From the NCBI GenBank assembly GCA_043228905.1, contig JBHGNT010000002.1, forward strand, positions 19,406,001 to 19,470,000: 64,000 nt of DNA, read 5' to 3'. The notes under the pieces are model-generated. The model was given only the letters and a program-made list of their open reading frames with translations. It was not told the DNA's origin and did not search any database. Below are positions 61,107-64,000 of the stretch, piece after piece (within the stretch, counting starts at the first letter, position 1; every line of letters starts with the position of its first letter). The translations under genes were made by a program, and so were the position numbers. The stretch is from Azolla caroliniana. Its lineage: Eukaryota; Plantae; Polypodiophyta.

Positions 61107-61905
61107 AACCTAAGATACTTTGAGTCTGTGATCCATCCAAGGAGATGGTGGGAGCTATTTAGGTCTCCCCAAAAACTTCCCGTTGACGAGTATATGGTCT
61201 AATCCTTTCTATTATCTCTTGTGCCACTTCTGTGTTTTCTATTGTTATATTTTTTCTTACCACATAGTTTCAACGCATTGCGGTGGAGTGAAGTTTTCTC
61301 CTGGGTTGGTCCACACAGGCCTCTACAAAAGAAATATTCTAGTTCTTGATTGTGCCGCATATTTCTCAGCAGATCAGAGAAGCGGAATGTCGGAATTGGA
61401 CTGTTGTGGAAATGGGCCGATGTATGCTCAGAATGGTGGAATGGCACGATCACCACCGCCATGGTCTTTACATACTCAGAGCTCAAGTTCCACAAAAGCC
61501 ATGGAGTGGATGAATCCACTAGAGGTACACATACATATTCAAGGAAGAAATTGAGCACAGGTAGAAATTGAATGGCAAGCGCAACATATGCATCTTCATC
61601 GGATACAACCTAGTTTCTAACGTCTGCAAACTCTCAAATGGTTCGGCTAGACCTAGCCAGAAGTGGAATAGAAACAAAACCAAAAAAGACAGTAATCACA
61701 TGCATATGCTGACCAAAGAGAGGAATTGGCATGTCCAACCCGACTGAATCAATCCCTAAAATGGAATCCTGATTCCAAAGCATATGGATTGACGACAAAA
61801 AACTAATTCAAGTTGACATACATATAATCGGAAATTCAGATGATAATAAGATTGCAAAGTTTCATGAGGAGAACAGAGGAGCATACCCATTCCATTGTTG
61901 TATGT

Positions 61906-61958
<53 letters not shown>

Positions 61959-62325
61959 GCACACACACACACAACGGATGCAATTTGTGTAGAAGTGGCG
62001 ACAATAAAAATATAATACACACGAGAGGATTTTACATATGGCACTAATAAGATATGATCAAATTAACATTAACTCACCATTATGACACATAGATATATTA
62101 AGCACAATGGGGGTAGATATATGTATAGTAAGTAATAATGTTATAACATTACGTCCAACAATTTTACATGTTAAAACTCTTTCCAAGCCGAATACGTTCC
62201 AAAAACCCCAAATGGAGAGAAGCATTCTGTATCAACCAAGCAGAAAGTGTCGAGAAGATATTCTTTGAGGACCCGACACGTTAGTTTCTCCACCATCGCA
62301 TGTGTTCTCTTCGTCACCCCTTAAG

Positions 62326-62361
<36 letters not shown>

Positions 62362-62846
62362 ATATAAGAACCGAGGATTAGCAAAATGGAGGAAGATTTT
62401 GCATCGAGCCGCGGCGTTCATTTTTCATTCGTCTCGGGACGAATCTCTCGAGTTCAATTATTGTCAGTGGTGTGGTTTCGGAGGAATCGCGAGAGGCACT
62501 CTTGGAGCTGTTTTTTGTTTGCAGGTGGCATTGTAATTTGTAATGAAAAATTCTTATCCCCAAAATTAATGAACAGAAAATGCTTGGCGTGTGTGTTAAA
62601 TTATGTATATATACATTGGAAAGCTTTTCCATTTGAGAATTAAATTTGAGGTGGACAGGGAGGGACGCGATGCTCCATTGGGATGAGCCAGAAACAGAAA
62701 CAGAAACAGAAATAACGAAACAGGGGAGGGGCAGGAAGAAGCAGAAACAGGGGAGGAGCAGGAAGAAGCCGGAACAGGGGAAGGTCTGGGTTGCCTCCAT
62801 GCATCATCCTCCTCCTCTGAGCAGAGACAGACAGGCAGAGAAAGCT

Positions 62847-63628
62847 ATGGAGGAGCCCCCCCGCCGCCCCAAGAAACGCCAGTGCCTCTCTCGCCCAAGA
62901 TCGAAGCGCGGCCGTCCTTTCCCCCTCTTTTCCCACCCTTACATCCTCCTCCGATTGCTCACGGAATGCCATCTCGACGCCAAAGATCTCGCTCGCCTTG
63001 AGGTATAGTGCACTCCATAAGTGGCTCCTGCATTTGCTTTCCTCTGCGTCTCTCATTCATCCATCATTCATGATCCTCACTGCAGCATTCAAGGTCAACT
63101 CCTTTCTTTTTCAACATGCAACATCACTGATATCATCAGAAGATTTCTTGCTCTCGGTTCATCATCTGTATCTTAATCTCTTGATTTATAGAGCTTGATT
63201 GATTCCATAATAGTAATCCCTGTCTTTTGAGTAGTAGAAATTTGCTTGATTCTCATCAGCTGTATGTGTGCGCAATAGGCATGTTGCAAGAGATTCAGAG
63301 AGCCGGCTGGCTACCATCCCGATGAATCCTTGTCTTTCTCGGATCTTGCAGCCCTCGACATGTGCGAGAAGAGACCCATCTTCAAGCTGATGCGACAAGA
63401 AGACAAACAAGACCTCAGGACTCGATGCGGAGGGAATTGGAAAATCGTGTTGCGTTTCTTGGTTCAGGGAGAAAGATGCTATAGGCGAGAAAAGTCTCAA
63501 GCTGATGCCGGTCCTGGTCACAGTGTTGTGGTAACTTCATCAGGAAAGGTCTACACATTTGGGAACAATTCCTCTGGGCAGTTAGGAACCGGTTCCTTTG
63601 AATCTGAGAGTCGTCCTTGCCTATTAAG
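62847..63628 (+). CDS. RCC1/UVR8-like repeat family protein, first two exons (62847-63002, 63279-63628); continues beyond the window
   Basis: FPL..HPYILL..LTECHLDAKDLARLE|ACCKRFREPA..LAALDMCEKR.IFK..RCGGNWK.VLRFL..GE.C.RREKSQA.AGPGHS..VTSSGKVYTFGNNSSGQLG (RCC1 repeat). GT-AG intron in phase 0. Alternative in-frame ATGs at 62670 and 62799. Confidence 0.85.
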
Positions 63629-64000
63629 GTGTGAGAGCTTTCAAGAAGAACCCATCTTACTTTGTTACATCATGTTTTACTGGGGATTAAATCATGTCCC
63701 TCTGAGGGCACTCGCTCTCTTGGACTGATGCGGGTGCATCATCTATGATATGGATATGGATGTGAATCATAAGGCCTCTTTTGCAACGAGATGAATGCAT
63801 TGTCATTGATATGGATATGGATGCATAATCTATGATATGGATATAGATCAGGAATTGGAAACTATGTGGATATATCATGGATGTGGACATAGATCATACC
63901 TCTTGACTAGATTGATGTGTATCATCTGCTATGATGGACGTGGTGGAGCAAGATTGATTTGTTGGAACAAATTGCAACACATTTAACATCCAGAAGAACC

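Noticed and set aside
61199-61558. Upstream ORF as N-terminal exon of the minus-strand PPR gene
   Set aside because: The obvious donor (phase 1) does not match the acceptor just before the ATG (phase 0); unsupported without transcripts.

Overview
Plant nuclear DNA, most likely from a non-seed vascular plant such as a fern. That assignment is inferred from the long PLS-class PPR genes and the Tcn1/sushi-like and tRNA-Trp-primed Gypsy lineages. About two thirds of the window is nested transposable elements. A Tnt1-like Copia (1336-6906, minus, TSD CAATG) sits inside the LTR of an older Copia. A roughly 31-kb nest (11849-42597) is built on a decayed tRNA-Trp-primed Gypsy with a 4-bp TSD. Its gag received two insertions 2 bp apart. 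The first is a chromodomain Gypsy (17087-29735, TSD AGAAC) with a self-priming PBS, itself hosting a younger Trp-primed Gypsy (20064-27027). The second is an 11.6-kb TIR DNA transposon (29747-41395; 25-bp TIRs, GGG..CCC ends, TSD GATT). This DNA transposon is the standout. It encodes an apparently intact spliced Sola2-type transposase (863 aa) and a convergent multi-exon accessory gene with an FCP1/NIF-like pseudo-phosphatase domain. The largest intron of each gene is filled with kilobase arrays of the palindrome TAGCTAATTAGCTA. The right part holds host genes: OEP16 (6 coding exons, minus), two PLS-E PPR genes and the 5' part of an RCC1-family gene, plus a decayed Copia (47884-52992). All calls come from reading the sequence by eye; no searches were run.
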